Source: Octopus bimaculoides
Lineage: Eukaryota
NCBI RefSeq assembly: GCF_001194135.2
Contig: NC_068984.1
Coordinates: 89,398,355 to 89,462,354 of the forward strand
Direction: 5' to 3'
DNA length: 64,000 nt
Both the position numbers and the translations under genes were made by a program. Position 1 is the first letter of the stretch. The number at the start of each line of letters is the position of its first letter. Below the pieces are notes generated by a model, which did no database searches, was not told the DNA's origin, and was given only the letters and a program-made list of their open reading frames with translations. Shown piece after piece: positions 1-13,099 of the stretch.

Positions 1-750
1 AGGTTTGGGAATTACAGAATGAAATCCGCCTTTTCTGAACCTGAAGGGGATTTCATGCGATTTTGTGACCAAAACAGGGTGTGAGGAGTGAAGATATGTG
101 ATGATTTTTGCGGCTGATACGTTTGAGAAATTAAATGAATTGAACGTGACATTGCAGGGAAAGGGGTTGTTTGTACATGAAATGTTCAGGCACGTGAGAT
201 CATTCAAAACAAAACTAGGTCTATTTGCAAGGTAAGCAGGCGAGGGCAAGTTTTGTCACTTTCCTTTATTAAGAAAACAGAAAGTGCCTGCAAGTGTTTC
301 TTCTAAGATTAGGGATCATTGGCTGAGTTTGGAGGATGAAGTCACAAGAAGATTTCAGGATTTTAAGAAAATTGAGCCAGATTTAAATTTGTTATCTTAT
401 CCTTTAACTGCTGATATTGATACAGCACCCGAGGAGGTACAGCTTGAACTAATTGATATGCAGTAAGATCACACGCTGAAAGAAATGTTTAATTCTGTCA
501 CATTAATAGAATTTTACAAATCTCTTTTGCTGACAAATTTCCATGTGTGAAGAAATTTGCAGGGAAAATGTTTTCACGTATATTTGTGAGTAAAGTTTTT
601 CTTGCATGAAAATCAATGAGTAAAAATATATCCTCTGTGACTAACATAAACTTGCAGGCAGTGATGAGGATCTCAACAAGCAACTTCACTTCTGATTGCA
701 AAAGAATTGTAAATAAGTGCGACAAGTTACATTTGTCTCATTAAATTACT
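1..750 (+). mobile_element. hAT-superfamily (Charlie/SPIN/GTF2IRD2-like) transposase C-terminal remnant
   Basis: Broken reading frame gives ...FEKLNELNVTLQGKGLFVHEMFRHVRSFKTKLGLF...EVTRRFQDFKKIEPDLNLLSYPLTADIDTAPEEVQLELIDMQ*DHTLKEMFNSVTLIEFYKSL. These motifs are typical of the dimerisation half of Charlie/SPIN-type hAT transposases. It contains stops and frameshifts. Confidence 0.8.
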
Positions 751-924
751 TGTGCAGGCTGATGTGTAATTTGCACATAAATAAATCCAATGAAACCTTT
801 TCTGTGTACCACCATTGCTTTAGTTTTATTTATTCATTATTATGATGATTCTACACGTCGCATTAAATGAAATGTTATGTTAACTAATGAATACGATCAG
901 TTATATAAGGTGCGACCCTCCGCT

Positions 925-1080
925 AACCAATTTTACGTTCTGAGTTGAAATTTCACCGAAGTCGACTTTGCGTTTCATCCTTTTAAAGTCGATGAAATAA
1001 GTACCAGATGAGCAATAACATCTATCGAGTATTCACCTCCCTCCTAATTTAGACCGTGTGACTGTAGTAGAAAATATATT
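925..1080 (+). mobile_element. tRNA-derived SINE family A (Meta/MESC-like core), partial
   Basis: ACGTTCTGAGTTGAAATTTCACCGAAGTCGACTTTGCGTTTCATCCTTTTAAAGTCGATGAAATAAGTACC matches the repeated unit also found at 3015, 28035, 29555, 31535 and 52098. Confidence 0.75.
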
Positions 1081-1782
1081 ACTCAGAACGCATGGCACAA
1101 GGGCTAACTAAATGTTTGAAAATAAGCATAGACGAAAATGTCTTGGACAAGCAAAATGTTGAAGATGAATTAGAGTGAACCTTGCTTCAGACTATGAGCT
1201 GCGTGTACATGACTAGAGTGTTGCAGCTTATTCCATTCTACATTAAACTAATCAGGTTCATGGACTCACCTGACTAGAATACACCTTGTTTCTAGATGTA
1301 TTGTGATAGTGATGTTACATCTTTTTGGATTGTATTTCAGATGAAAAAGGTAGATGCATGGAGTATGGTTCAAACGTTCTCTCGATATTTTCGAGTGTGC
1401 TCTTTTCATTTCATATATTTGTAATTTTGCTTATAAGGCTTGAGTCTATCCGAAATAATAGCTAAAGTCGCTTGCCCACAATGTGTCACCCGATAGAACC
1501 TGAGCTTCATGACTTGTGTTGGCCGAGCGTTGTATTCTTTCTTGTCTTGAGGTTCACGGCCAAACGGCTGGGTGGATTCGCGTGAAAAATAGCACACATG
1601 TGGAGACGGGTGCATAGATTGGAACGCGCTTTCTATTTTTTCTAGCCCCCATACTTACAGAGAAAATCTGCGTGCGTGCGTGTATGTGAGTGTGTGTCAC
1701 TGAAGCCATTCATACATATATGCATAATAAATAAATAAACTGAATGATAAATTTCATTTATCTCTCTCACTATTTCTTTCTT

Positions 1783-1823
<41 letters not shown>

Positions 1824-3014
1824 CACATACACCATCAACATTACTCTCTCTGTCGCACACACCCCATCAAACATACACACTCACACAGACACAGACATAC
1901 GCACGCACATCAATTCTCCCCTCTCAATACAACTTCAAAAGAAGTTCAGTCATAAAACTGTCATTCGACGCCCACTTCAAAAGATCACCTTCCCTTTTCA
2001 CTTGTCCGGCCATTGATCGACAGATAAAACAAACCAACTCCTGTTAAATGCAAAAATCCCGCCAAAAATACACACACATACACACACAAACGGACATTTC
2101 ATGTTTTTCAGTTTCTCTATGATTATACACGCGTCGAAAACAATAGCTCATTTTAATCTTCAACAGGTATATATCAATTTCTATAATATAAATTGTTTTT
2201 CTATAAGCGTATAACAATTACTTATTCCATACTTCACTTTTCTTAAATTGGATACGTCTGCTATTAATTCTTAATTTCCCCGTTCATTCATACAGCTTCA
2301 TTTTCTCTTAAAGCAATTCTTAACGTCAACTTCTTAACATAATACGCAGAATTCTCGCATTAATACAGTAGGGTGTTTTGAGGGAGATTTGGTTGCTATT
2401 TCTACCGGGTTTACCTACTATGTAGAGGTTTGAACTTATTTTTCATTCACAGATTTGCATTTCAAATGTTATTCTGCCATTAACACCAGTTGCTTTCTCT
2501 CTCACGTACACCCCACACCACCACACACGCACGTCCATTTCATATATCTTCCAATTTCTGCTCTCTGCAAATAAAATTTTTACGGATAAAACTGCTTACA
2601 AAAATTGCGATTAATGTATAATTTCTTTCTATGTTCATAATTAAATAAATCAGAACACTGTTTAAAGCATATATCACGTGATTCAATGAAACTAGCTGAC
2701 GACTTTCAAAAAGATCAGAGGACATTCAACTCTGATATCAAAACATGTTGTCGGTCGCTGTAGAAAAAACATGTTGCCGGTCGCTGTAGGAAAATAAATA
2801 AATACTTTATTCAATTTTATAAATTTTATTCACACACACACGCACACACACACACATGAACAATAATATTTTCAATAAAAACGTCCCAACCGTATCTGAT
2901 TGTACACAAACTGTGTGTGTATACTGTATATATTTATTCTATTGGTGACATAATATTGGTTTCAAATTTTGGTACAGGACCAGAAATTTTTGGGGAAGGG
3001 GAAGTCGTTTACAA

Positions 3015-3165
3015 TATTCAACTGGTACTTATTTTATCGACCCCGAAAGGATGAAAGGCAAAGTAGACCTCGGCAGAATTTGAACTCAGAACGTGAACAC
3101 GGACGAAATGCCGCTCAACATTTTGCCCGGCGCGTGCTAACGATTTTGCCAGCTCACCGTCTTAT
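3015..3165 (-). mobile_element. tRNA-derived SINE family A
   Basis: Minus strand reads GGTGAGCTGGCAAAATCGTTAGC (A-box-like) ... GAGTTCAAATTCTG (B-box-like) ... GCCTTTCATCCTTTCGGGGTCGATAAAATAAGTACC (Meta/Sauria-SINE-like central domain, assigned from memory). Several other copies occur in the window. Confidence 0.85.
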
Positions 3166-5330
3166 TGCAGACTTAACATTGTCATGTAATACAACAGGGA
3201 ATCAACACTTGAAAAGAAATTAGTAAGAGAAAGACAGAGAAAACGAAGATCTAATTTCAGTCAAAAACACTCAGAAACTAAATGAAAAGTTGATCGTGAG
3301 AATAATTTTAATGATCAAGTTGGTGTTTACTTACCTTCTCCCATGTTTAGTCATGGGAAGCATTATGTTGCTTTAAGAAGAACAAAAAACAGGAACAATT
3401 TTAAGTTACTCATAAACAACGATGGGAAAACAGGGAAATCTTTATGAAAATCGCAGTTTTACTATCAGTATTATAATAAAAGAACTTTTGTGTATGTAAA
3501 CATATATAGTTTCACATTGTGATTTTTTCCCATGATTTTTAACCAGTGCGAGATTACATGCATATTTTTCAATTTTTTCTGAATAAAAATGCTAACGTTT
3601 CTGCCAGCTCGCCGCCTTAAGGAACCCACGAATGATATCTTATGTCAGTGGGTCTCTCAGCTCAATCGTGTTCGCCTCTTGAAGAAAAAATATCCTTCAT
3701 TGCATATTTATTAGCATTAGCTGTTTAAAATCATGCTACTCTAGTGTAGCATGATTCTAAAATACATAATTTAGTACTTCAAATAGTTTTATTTTCACAT
3801 GGTTAGTAAAAGCTGTAAGAAAGTAAATTGGAAGAAAGAAACAAGAAATTATAAGGGAAACGACTCTTGATTTGCAGTTTGTGATACAAATGCTGAATTC
3901 CTTCCCTTTACCTTATAAAATTATGTAATACTATTAAAAAAAAATTCTTATCGTAACACGTTGATTTTTATGTATTACGCAATAAAAAAATTGGAAATTA
4001 ATAACCGAACAGAAAGTGTTTCACCTTGTTTGGTTTATGTTTGGTTTATGTTGCTGTTGTGTAGAAAGGCCATATCTTCAAAGCAAATCAAAAACAATTT
4101 TTCAAAAATGCGGTGAAGTTTAAAATAAAGTAATAGAAATTGGTAGATGTCTTTATAATTAAAATGCATTACCTGGTTTATGCACATTTACTGCACTTCA
4201 GTAATTTCAATTTTATTAACTTTGTAATTTGTGTGCTGCCATATCTGCGGACGCATGGCGTCGCTTTTCACCCCACCCCACTTACATAGGCGCGCACACG
4301 CATATGCATGCACATGCACTCACAAAAATTCTTGTTCTGTAAATAATTGTCAAATGTGAACAAAAGACTTTCTTTGCTTAGTAAAACAACGCCAGCGAAA
4401 ACTTCTAAAATGAAAAATTCATATTTGATATTGTTACTTCTTACACACAGTTAAACTTCTATAATCTGTGCGTTTTAGTTTAGTATACTCTTGAAATACA
4501 TCTTCCTATAAAATCTAGAAAGTGTTGCCTATGGACACACGTATACAGAATTAGCAAAAATGACTGTAGCATTTTGATTATTCTTATTCTTTAATAACAA
4601 TCTCGCTCATATTTTTGTTTTGTAGATGGATTCTTAATTATTTTACTTGAAAAACTAATATCAGTTGGTGATTGTCTCCCAGCAGTTGTGCAGAGTTATG
4701 AGAACTGATATGGCCTTGAAAATATTCCTTTCAGTTTAAGTGTCAACGAGTTGGAAAAAACATTTTGAAGAAACTGGATACATTTAAGCTGGAACATGAT
4801 GAAATTGCTGCTGTTAAAGAATTATTACAACGTTTAGAAAGTGATAATCCGTTGGGATATGGAAGTACGTCATCTGTTTTGCTTGAAAAGTCAATCTCAC
4901 AACAAAGTATTCCAAAAATGTTGCAAAAGTTGCAAAATCAAACCAGCAGACACTCTAAAAAATTAAGCTAATAGAAAATCCAAATTTACCGAAGCCAAAC
5001 TCTACAATACTGTTCATAATTAACAACGATGCTTAGAATACTTGGCGCGAGAAATAGATATTTAACGGAATGTTCACTTAAACTGCTTTGTTTCAATGAA
5101 ATGCTTGATTGATTTGGCTATGTTAAGAAGTGAATTTATAAAATTTATTTAGTTTTCATTAGCCTCATATATTCCTGTATATTGTATTACTGGTATATTT
5201 TATATATGCAACTACTGTAAATATACCGTCAATAATGATGCTAAAAATATTTATTACTATATATAAATGTACGAAAAAAATGATAACAACAAGTGGCTAA
5301 AATTGTTGGTGGAAAAACAAGTCAATTAAT

Positions 5331-5463
5331 TTATTTAGCTGCCTTCTGGGGGTTCTTGTGAAGAAGAACTGCTTGGATGTTAGGAAGAACATTAAGCGAT
5401 GGTTACTATAGACAAAAGTTTGTTCAATTCTTTGTCGTTACGGATGACCAACTGCAAGTGGCG
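5331..5463 (-). pseudogene. H2A: Histone H2A pseudogene, C-terminal part
   Basis: Minus strand translates RHLQLVIRNDKELNKLLSIVTIA* then, after a frameshift, [19 protein letters not shown]. Canonical H2A reads [45 protein letters not shown]. Confidence 0.93.
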
Positions 5464-6664
5464 GAGTGGGTTGAAAAGTTCATAGGCTGATTATGAGGGA
5501 GTGGCGCTGGAGCTGTGAAATCTTGCATGCAATAATTTCACTTCCCTTAAATAACTGCATTGTTTCTTTCCAGGTAAACTGACATCTCACTGTCCAGTGA
5601 AGACTTCAAAAGTACCCAGTAGTGACTTCTCTTGAAAATTAACAAAATTTGGCGTTGTGGTATTATCAAGTACCTGCAGTAAAAGGGTTTTTAGCCCATA
5701 AGGACATTCATGTTGACATGGTTGCTACATTAGGGGATGACGCTTCAACTTTATCAGCAGTGAAAAAGTATGCAGCTGAATTTAGGAGGGAAGGGAGAGT
5801 CTTGAAAATAACCCAAGGTCTGAATGACCTGCAACTGCCACCGCCAAGGAATACATCGATCGTGTTCACCATATGGTGATGGATGTCAGGCAATTGACTA
5901 TAAATCAAATAGTCAATGCTATTAGCATATCCCATGAGAGATATGATACCTGATCAAAAGAAAATGTTAATCACATCACGAAAAGTTCTGACATAGTTTC
6001 AGGCATATCCAGCTGGTTTCCTCGAACGTTTTCTAAACGAGGATGAGTGTTGGCTTTATCATTTTGAGCCAGAGATACAGAGACAATCCATGCAGTAGAA
6101 ACACCTCTTCTCATCTGTTCCAAAGAAGGCTAAGGTCAGGGAAGGTGATGGCCGCAGTTTTTTGGGATGCAAGAGATATTGTGTTTATTGACTATCTTGA
6201 AAAGGTCCATACCATCAATGGAGAGTACTATGCTAACTTGCTGAGGCAGTTATAAAAGGCTATCAATACGAAACGCCCCGGAAAAGTGATGAAAGGGGTC
6301 TTGTTTCATCATGACAATGCTCCAGTACACAAGTCTTTGCTTTTAATGGCTGCTGTGCATGAACTGGTTGATCACCGTCCCTATTTTCCTGATTTGGCCC
6401 CATCTGACTCATCTGTTCTCAGTATGACAAAAAACAGTTGGCTGGGAACCAATATTGCAGACGACGACGACGTCATATTTGCTGTTGATGACTTTTTTGA
6501 GCGATAGGATGAAAGCTTCTTCACTAATGGGATCCAAATTCTGCAACACGGTTGGAAGAAGTTTGAGGGGCGCAAGGGGGAATGTGTTGAAAAATAAACC
6601 ACATTTGGTGACATTCCATGAGAGTATCTTGGTCAGCCTATTAACATTTCAGCCGACTCTCGTA
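5464..6664 (+). mobile_element. Degenerate mariner transposon inserted in the H2A pseudogene
   Basis: TIR-like ends: GAGTGGGTTGAAAAGTTCATAGGCTGA at 5464 and TCAGCCTATTAACATTTCAGCCGACTCTCG+TA at 6633-6664. Transposase remnants include KDIHVDMVATLGDD, GKVMAAVFWD, TINGEYY, HHDNAPVH and HRPYFPDLAPSD. Confidence 0.92.
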
Positions 6665-6881
6665 GATTTCTTGTATTTGGCAGCGTTTCTTGCCAATTCC
6701 AATACTTCGGCTGTCAGATATTCCGTTACAGTTATAAAATAGACTGGGACTCTGGCACAAATGCGTTCGGCATCGTTTCCCTTACGGAGAAGACAGTGGA
6801 TACGACTGACATGGGAAATGAAGACCGGCACAGGATGAAGGACTTACGTTCTTTTCTTTCGTTTATCTCCTTTACAGACAT
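6663..6881 (-). pseudogene. H2A: Histone H2A pseudogene, N-terminal part
   Basis: ATG at 6881-6879 is followed by a frameshifted N-tail, then [48 protein letters not shown]. Canonical H2A reads [49 protein letters not shown]. Confidence 0.93.
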
Positions 6882-6894
6882 TATTGAAGTTAAC

Positions 6895-7073
6895 AGCATG
6901 GCTGTGTGATTAAGAAGCTCGCTCTGTAACAACATAGTTTCGGGTTCAGTACCACTGCGCGACACGTTGGGCAAGTGTCTCCTACTATTGCCCTGAGTCG
7001 AAGAGTGCCTTACGAGTGACTTTAGTAGACAGAAACCGTGGAAGCCCGTCACGCGTGTGTGCATGTGTGTGCA

Positions 7074-7107
<34 letters not shown>

Positions 7108-7230
7108 GTCTTCGTGTTCTCCACCACCACTTGACAACCGGTGCGGTGTTGTTTTGTTTACGTCCCTGTAGCTTAGTGTTTCGGCAGAAGTGGCAGATAG
7201 AATAAGTACTTAAAAATAAGAACTGGGGGC
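6895..7230 (+). mobile_element. tRNA-derived SINE family B (CORE-like), with internal (GT)n
   Basis: TGGCTGTGTGATTAAG (A box), GGGTTCAGTACC (B box) and TTGGGCAAGTGTCT (CORE-like motif). Homologous to copies at 18297, 40665, 41070 and 61715. Confidence 0.85.
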
Positions 7231-7600
7231 AAGTAAAGGATAAAAGAGAAAAAGCTAAAATAAAGAAAAATACATTTGACTTTGAATACAGATTTTCAAT
7301 TGTTGCATTTGCTTTGCAGAGAATAATTTAGGAATTTCGATTTATTATTGTTTTACTTTTATGTATACAACTTTCAGCCGGGGATGAGGCCATGCTAGGG
7401 CACCACCAATTAAGACTTTATATTAAAATACACTTGCTAGAAGCAAAGACATTTTAGTTTTCCAAACTAGAGAGACTGAAATTGGTGGCTGGCTGGTTGA
7501 TTAGTTATTCAGTCAGTCAGCTAGTGAGTGAGTTAGCTGGATTGCTAGCTAGCTAGATAAAGGATGACCTGAAACGGATTTACTTAATATTTGTTAAATG

Positions 7601-7657
<57 letters not shown>

Positions 7658-7852
7658 AGTCTACCTGTCTGTCTGTCTATCTGTCTGCCTGTCTGTCTGT
7701 TTGTCTATCGATATAACCACATATACACACAACTATACACATTCCACATACACGTATATCATCTCTAACATACGAACACACATATATACCCCCCTCTCTC
7801 TCTATTACTCACACACACACGCGCACGCACGCACGCACACACACGCACGCAC

Positions 7853-7893
<41 letters not shown>

Positions 7894-8380
7894 TACATTC
7901 ATTTCTTCAGGTGCCTTTACACGAGTTAGTCAGAAGTGTAAGGGCAGGATTGCCGAGACAGTGGGGGGTGGAGAAGGAAGTAAAGGAGGAAGGTACCCTT
8001 CGATCGGAGCTCAGACTTGAATATTTGCAACAGAAGGAACACAACTAAAGATGCCCGAGAACTAGGTATTGGGGCTAAACTGGATGACCATTTAACTCTA
8101 CTAACCCAGAATAAGAACGGTCTTTCTGTAGAGCTGGCACAGTCTCGACGAAATTTCATTTACAAGGCTTTGGCCAACACAATTCTATGACAGAAAACAT
8201 TTTCTAAGGCTGTGGAATGGTAAGACCGAAACCACAAAGTACGAAAAAATGGTTTTAAGCTGCCAACCATATTTACATTCTTATTTAGAAGTATTTAGGT
8301 GCCTTTCCATTTTTAAAAAGCGGAAGAGGTGAGGAAGAATTAGCTGTCATTTCTAGCAGATTGATTGACCGCATAGAGGG

Positions 8381-8630
8381 TAGGGTGGAGTGAAAAAAAA
8401 AAAATTGTGGAAATTGAAAATGCCTGAGGGTTAAAAAGTTGTTATATTTGATTACTAGAAAAATGCTAAATTTTCGTTGAGATCAATCCTTTACTCCCTC
8501 AAGTCACCTAAACTCCAAAAATGGAGGATTTTTGTAAATCTTTTACAATAGCGGAGTTTGTGTGTGTGTGTGATTTGAAGGAGTAAATGCTCTTGACTAA
8601 TCTAAGCGAAAATTCAGTATTTTTCTAGTC
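8381..8630 (+). mobile_element. Palindromic MITE (TAGGGTGGAGTGAAAA ends), truncated copy
   Basis: Nearly identical to the reverse complement of 8985-8730. It carries long internal inverted arms, and the right arm is truncated. Confidence 0.8.
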
Positions 8631-8666
8631 ATGTATGTATGTGCGGGTACATAGATTGTGTAATCT

Positions 8667-8985
8667 AGGGTGGAGTGAAAATAAAAAAAATTGCAGAAAA
8701 TGAAAATGTCTTAGGCTTAAAATTTTGCTATATATTATTACTAGAAAAATGTTAAATTTTCGCTTAGATCAGTCAAGGACAGTTACTCTCTCAAACCACC
8801 TAAACTCCGCTATTGTAAAAAAATTACAAAAAATCCCCCATTTTCGGAGTTTAGGGGATTGAGGGAATAAATGCTTTGACTGATCTCAGCGAAAATTTAG
8901 CATTTTTCTAGTTATCAAATATAGCAAAATTTTAGCCCTCAGGCATTTTCAATTTCCACAATTTTTAATTTTCACTTCACCCTAA
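8667..8985 (-). mobile_element. Palindromic MITE, complete copy
   Basis: Begins TAGGGTGGAGTGAAAATAAAAAAAATTGCAGAAAATGAAAATG and ends CATTTTCAATTTCCACAATTTTTAATTTTCACTTCACCCTAA. The inverted arms exceed 100 bp around a short spacer, and both ends carry TA. Confidence 0.85.
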
Positions 8986-9599
8986 TAGATGGTCCCCTTG
9001 TTGGTTCATTCATTAGTTAGTTAAAAGAGAAGATAGTACAAAAATGTGATGTGATAGAGAAAATCTGAGGTCAGTTTTGGAATCAGCACCCCAAAATTAG
9101 TCTAAAACAGCTCTAAGATTTTACGCCAGAAAATAAAAGTTTATTTTGTTGACCAGTGTAATCAAAGAATCTAGTCAGAATACTCTTGTCTTTTTGTGAA
9201 TATATATACGGTTGAATGTCATATGAAGGAGAATTGACTGTTGTTTAAACATGTATGGCTATTGACTTATCTATGCATTCATAGCGGTAAGTATAACTTA
9301 AAAATCACTGAATCCAAGAATCATAGAGATAACTTGTCTATGTCCAAAGTGAGACTGGAAGCAAAGAACACTTAGTACTTCTATTGCAGAACAATCTGAA
9401 CTGAGGAGTTAGTCAAAGTCCTTTTACTGAGGCGTCAGAATACATGACAGCAGTGAAGTTCCAACCAGCTGATCATATTTGTATGACTAATCAGTATAAT
9501 AGTTAGTGACAGTTGTGAGATATTTTGGAGTGGAGTGAAACAATCTACATTTAAACTTTTGCATAGATAAGTCAATAGCCATACATTAATAGCAAAATA

Positions 9600-9900
9600 T
9601 TAATAGCAGCCTATTTTAGTAAAGCTCCCTTCTACGATCATTATATCAATGCTGGAGGGAGAAAGAGGACCCCAGGATTTGGTTATGTCTTCTACACTCT
9701 TTGTTTTGTATATGAATGACCTTTTCGGTGTGACACAGACACTGCCATGCAGATGACACCACACTTTGCTCCACATCCAATATAAGCATCTCATGCCAGA
9801 TTTACACGGACTCCACGAATGTAAACCTGAGAGCATCCTATGGTGTGGACATGATCACTTTGTTACACTCGACATCACAGAGTCTCAGTCACGTGCATAC
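9600..9900 (+). mobile_element. Degenerate non-LTR RT fragment (Jockey/CR1-group)
   Basis: Frameshifted remnants NAG..PQDLVMSSTLFVLYMNDL and HADDTTL correspond to the GVPQGSVLSPTLF.LYINDL and YADDTTL motifs. Confidence 0.6.
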
Positions 9901-9940
9901 CATATCAACAGCTTTGGAACCTCATTCTCTTTAGTGTTAC

Positions 9941-10016
<76 letters not shown>

Positions 10017-10189
10017 GTCTGTCTGCCTGCCTGCCTGTCTGTCTTGATTATGTGTCTCTCTGACTGTCTGACGGTCTGTCTGTCTCGCTCTCACGCTATA
10101 TGTACACGCACACATATACACGCGCACACGCACGCACACACACGCACACGCACACACACGCACACACATGATTGACTCGTATGTATGTA

Positions 10190-10431
10190 TGAGGTTGGTG
10201 CATAATTATTGCGGCTTTTTTTTTAATAAATTTTATTTAACAAAAACAATAACAACATTTAACAAAATGATTATTCCGGAGCATATTCACCATCTACTTT
10301 AATTATTGCTTCCCATTTGCTTGGCAGTCGGTCGGAATAATCATTTAAAGATGTTTTTGTTAAATGTTGCTATTGTTTTGTTGAATAAAATTTATTGAAA
10401 AAAGCCGCAATAATTGTGCACCAGCCTAATA
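10190..10431. mobile_element. Mariner-derived MITE (Hsmar1/MADE1-like TIR)
   Basis: TIRs AGGTTGGTGCATAATTATTGCGG and CCGCAATAATTGTGCACCAGCCTAATA, with inverted arms of about 90 bp. The spacer encodes RLPSKWEAIIKVDGEYAPE* on the minus strand. It sits in a (TATG)n tract. Confidence 0.88.
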
Positions 10432-12560
10432 TGTATGTATGTATATACATATATGTATATATTTCAGTATATTTGCAAGTATTACCGAGAAAAAATTATC
10501 AACATAACCGTAAAAATTTCTCACGACACAGAAACCTGAAAACCCCCTCCCACAAAGCAACTTTAGCCATGTGTATGCATCATAGTAAAATATAACAGGT
10601 CTTTCGTCAGTAACTACGAGTGCTCCAGTTGATCCGATCAACAGAACAGCTTTCTCATGAAAGGGAGAAAATAGAAATAGAGAGAAACGCATAGCTGAAC
10701 CATGTGTCCAATATTTGGAAGATTTTTATATGCTATAATTCAGATAAGGTTATAATAGAATTCTTTATTTTTATGCTAGTTCACATTCTCGTTGTGACAT
10801 CCAGAAAGGCTAGAAACTAAGGCCATATCTAAATATTTCAGTTAGAGAGTGGTAAACAAACTGGGCAGAAATACTTGTCGGAGAAATTTACGAGTAATCA
10901 TTAGAAATGTGTGGTTTTAGTAGAATATGCATCACAATGTAGCACGATGAAAGTTGCACACATGACAACCAGTTTCCTACATCAAGATATAATTGAAATA
11001 TAGCTAAAATACCACTCAATAATAGAAACCTAGCAACTTATGTTAAGATATGACACCAAATGAGGATTCTATAAAGTCAAGTGTTCTGCCAGAATGTGAA
11101 ATATGTTATGTGGTTTTAGGTAGGATAGCAAAGTAAACTGTATCCTAGACAAATTGTGCTTTAGTATTTCTTGACACTTTACACTTTAAAGTGAAACCAC
11201 ACGGCCATACAACTGGATCAATTTATTATGGCACTTCTTTTTGATTAACGTTAAAAGACTGATATTCTATCAAGTCTACCAACTGAGGATCTTTACCATA
11301 AAAACAGTTTCAGCATTCACGAATTTTTAAAATTGTGTATTTAAGGATACAGCGAACAATTTTTAAAAAAATTTTATTTTTATAAAATCCAAATCCTGAC
11401 TCGAGAAACGTCAAGTGCAAACTGAGGTTTATGCCTGGCTTTTCTCAAAAGATATTGAATAGGTAGTGATTCGCAATCAAAGATTTATGTCTATATGTCT
11501 ACACAAAGAAGGCAAAATGTCTGTTAAACTCCGTAAAAATATCCTTAGTTTTTTAACACAGTCACCACCAGGACCCCCCCCCCCCAAAAAAAAAACATAT
11601 AAACATATAAAAAAGAATTACTGGCAGCATTGAAATAAAATATGACTATTAGAATGTGTGACACAATATAATACAAATTCATACTTTTATCCATATTATT
11701 AAAATATGACTCAAACACTAATCAACTGAGAAAACTAAGCAATCCGTGTTCAAACATTAGGATGATGTGAAATGAAGAAGCAATCCATGAAAAGGATAAG
11801 TATCAACTACTGTGATTTTGTGTATGACAACAAAATAAAATATATTTAAGAATATTGTACTTAGTATTTGGCGGTATTATATTCTTTGAAATATACCCAT
11901 GTGATCGTATTACTTCATCAATTCGACACTAGAATTGATTTTGGTTAACCATGAAAATGATTTGTATAGGATCCTACCTACAAAATCAGAGTCTCAATAG
12001 TCTCCATTTTTTATCTTATACTCAATAAACAGCAAATACTTTCCAAGATTTATGCACATGTTTTTCTGTGACTTTAAAGTGAAACTGGAAATAAACCAGC
12101 CTCAAACCCTACTGAATTTCATAAATATATGAGAAAGGATCAATCTGTTGAAGCTGTGACAATTGAATCGAATTATTTTGTAGTGTTTTAGTCTTACTGG
12201 ATGTCACAACCGAAATATGTGATTTGAGTGGATGGGACTAAGCTATCTAATAGGAGAATCAAGAGAATCAGATAACAGAAAAATGTCCCAATAAACATAT
12301 GACATTGATGATCGTGATACAGGTCCCACACCTTTGCGTTTGACATGCATAAATCTAAAAATACTGTGAAGGAAGATAAAATAATGTTCAACAGGCGCGA
12401 AAAAAAAAAAATTCACCACATATTAATTACACGATCCGGCTTGAGTGTACATACATACATACATACATACATACATACATACATACACGCGACACTCCTT
12501 TAAATACTGCTGCAATTATTTTTATCAGACACTAAATTCCTGATTACATAAAGAAGACAA

Positions 12561-12595
<35 letters not shown>

Positions 12596-12866
12596 ATATA
12601 TATTGGTGAATAGGGTAATTATTCTTATTAAACGCATTCCATATTAGTGAGCAAATCTTTTTAGATATTTTACACTAATTTTAGAGGGATTGATAGTATG
12701 GATAATTTCCTTATGAGATAAATAAAATAAATGCAAGTGCAATATATAGGACTAAACGTAAATATTTAAAATTATGCAGAAACAGGAAGCACTTACGCAG
12801 ACTTAAATGACCACGTATACACGTATAGACAGTGTGAGATACTCATATGTGTACACGTATATAATA

Positions 12867-12899
<33 letters not shown>

Positions 12900-13011
12900 G
12901 TGTCTGTGTGTGTGTGCATATATATATATATNNNNNNNNNNNNNNNNNNNNNNNNNNNNNNNNNNNNNNNNNNNNNNNNNNNNNNNNNNNNNNNNNNNNN
13001 NNNNNNTATAT

Positions 13012-13088
<77 letters not shown>

Positions 13089-13099
13089 GGTAGATAGAT

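Noticed and set aside
2741-2790. Two tandem ~26 bp units AAACATGTTGYCGGTCGCTGTAG; similar pair at 30583-30675
   Set aside because: Only two units, consistent with ordinary local duplication. This is not a CRISPR-like array, since there are no regular unique spacers and the context is eukaryotic.
4620-4971. Coding-like stretch (KKLDTFKLEHDEIAAVKELLQRLE...) possibly from a hAT transposase or a host exon
   Set aside because: It has multiple upstream stops and only vague motif similarity, so it cannot be assigned without a search.
7930-8190. Purine-rich open frames after the (CA)n tract
   Set aside because: No recognisable domain, start context or splice support.
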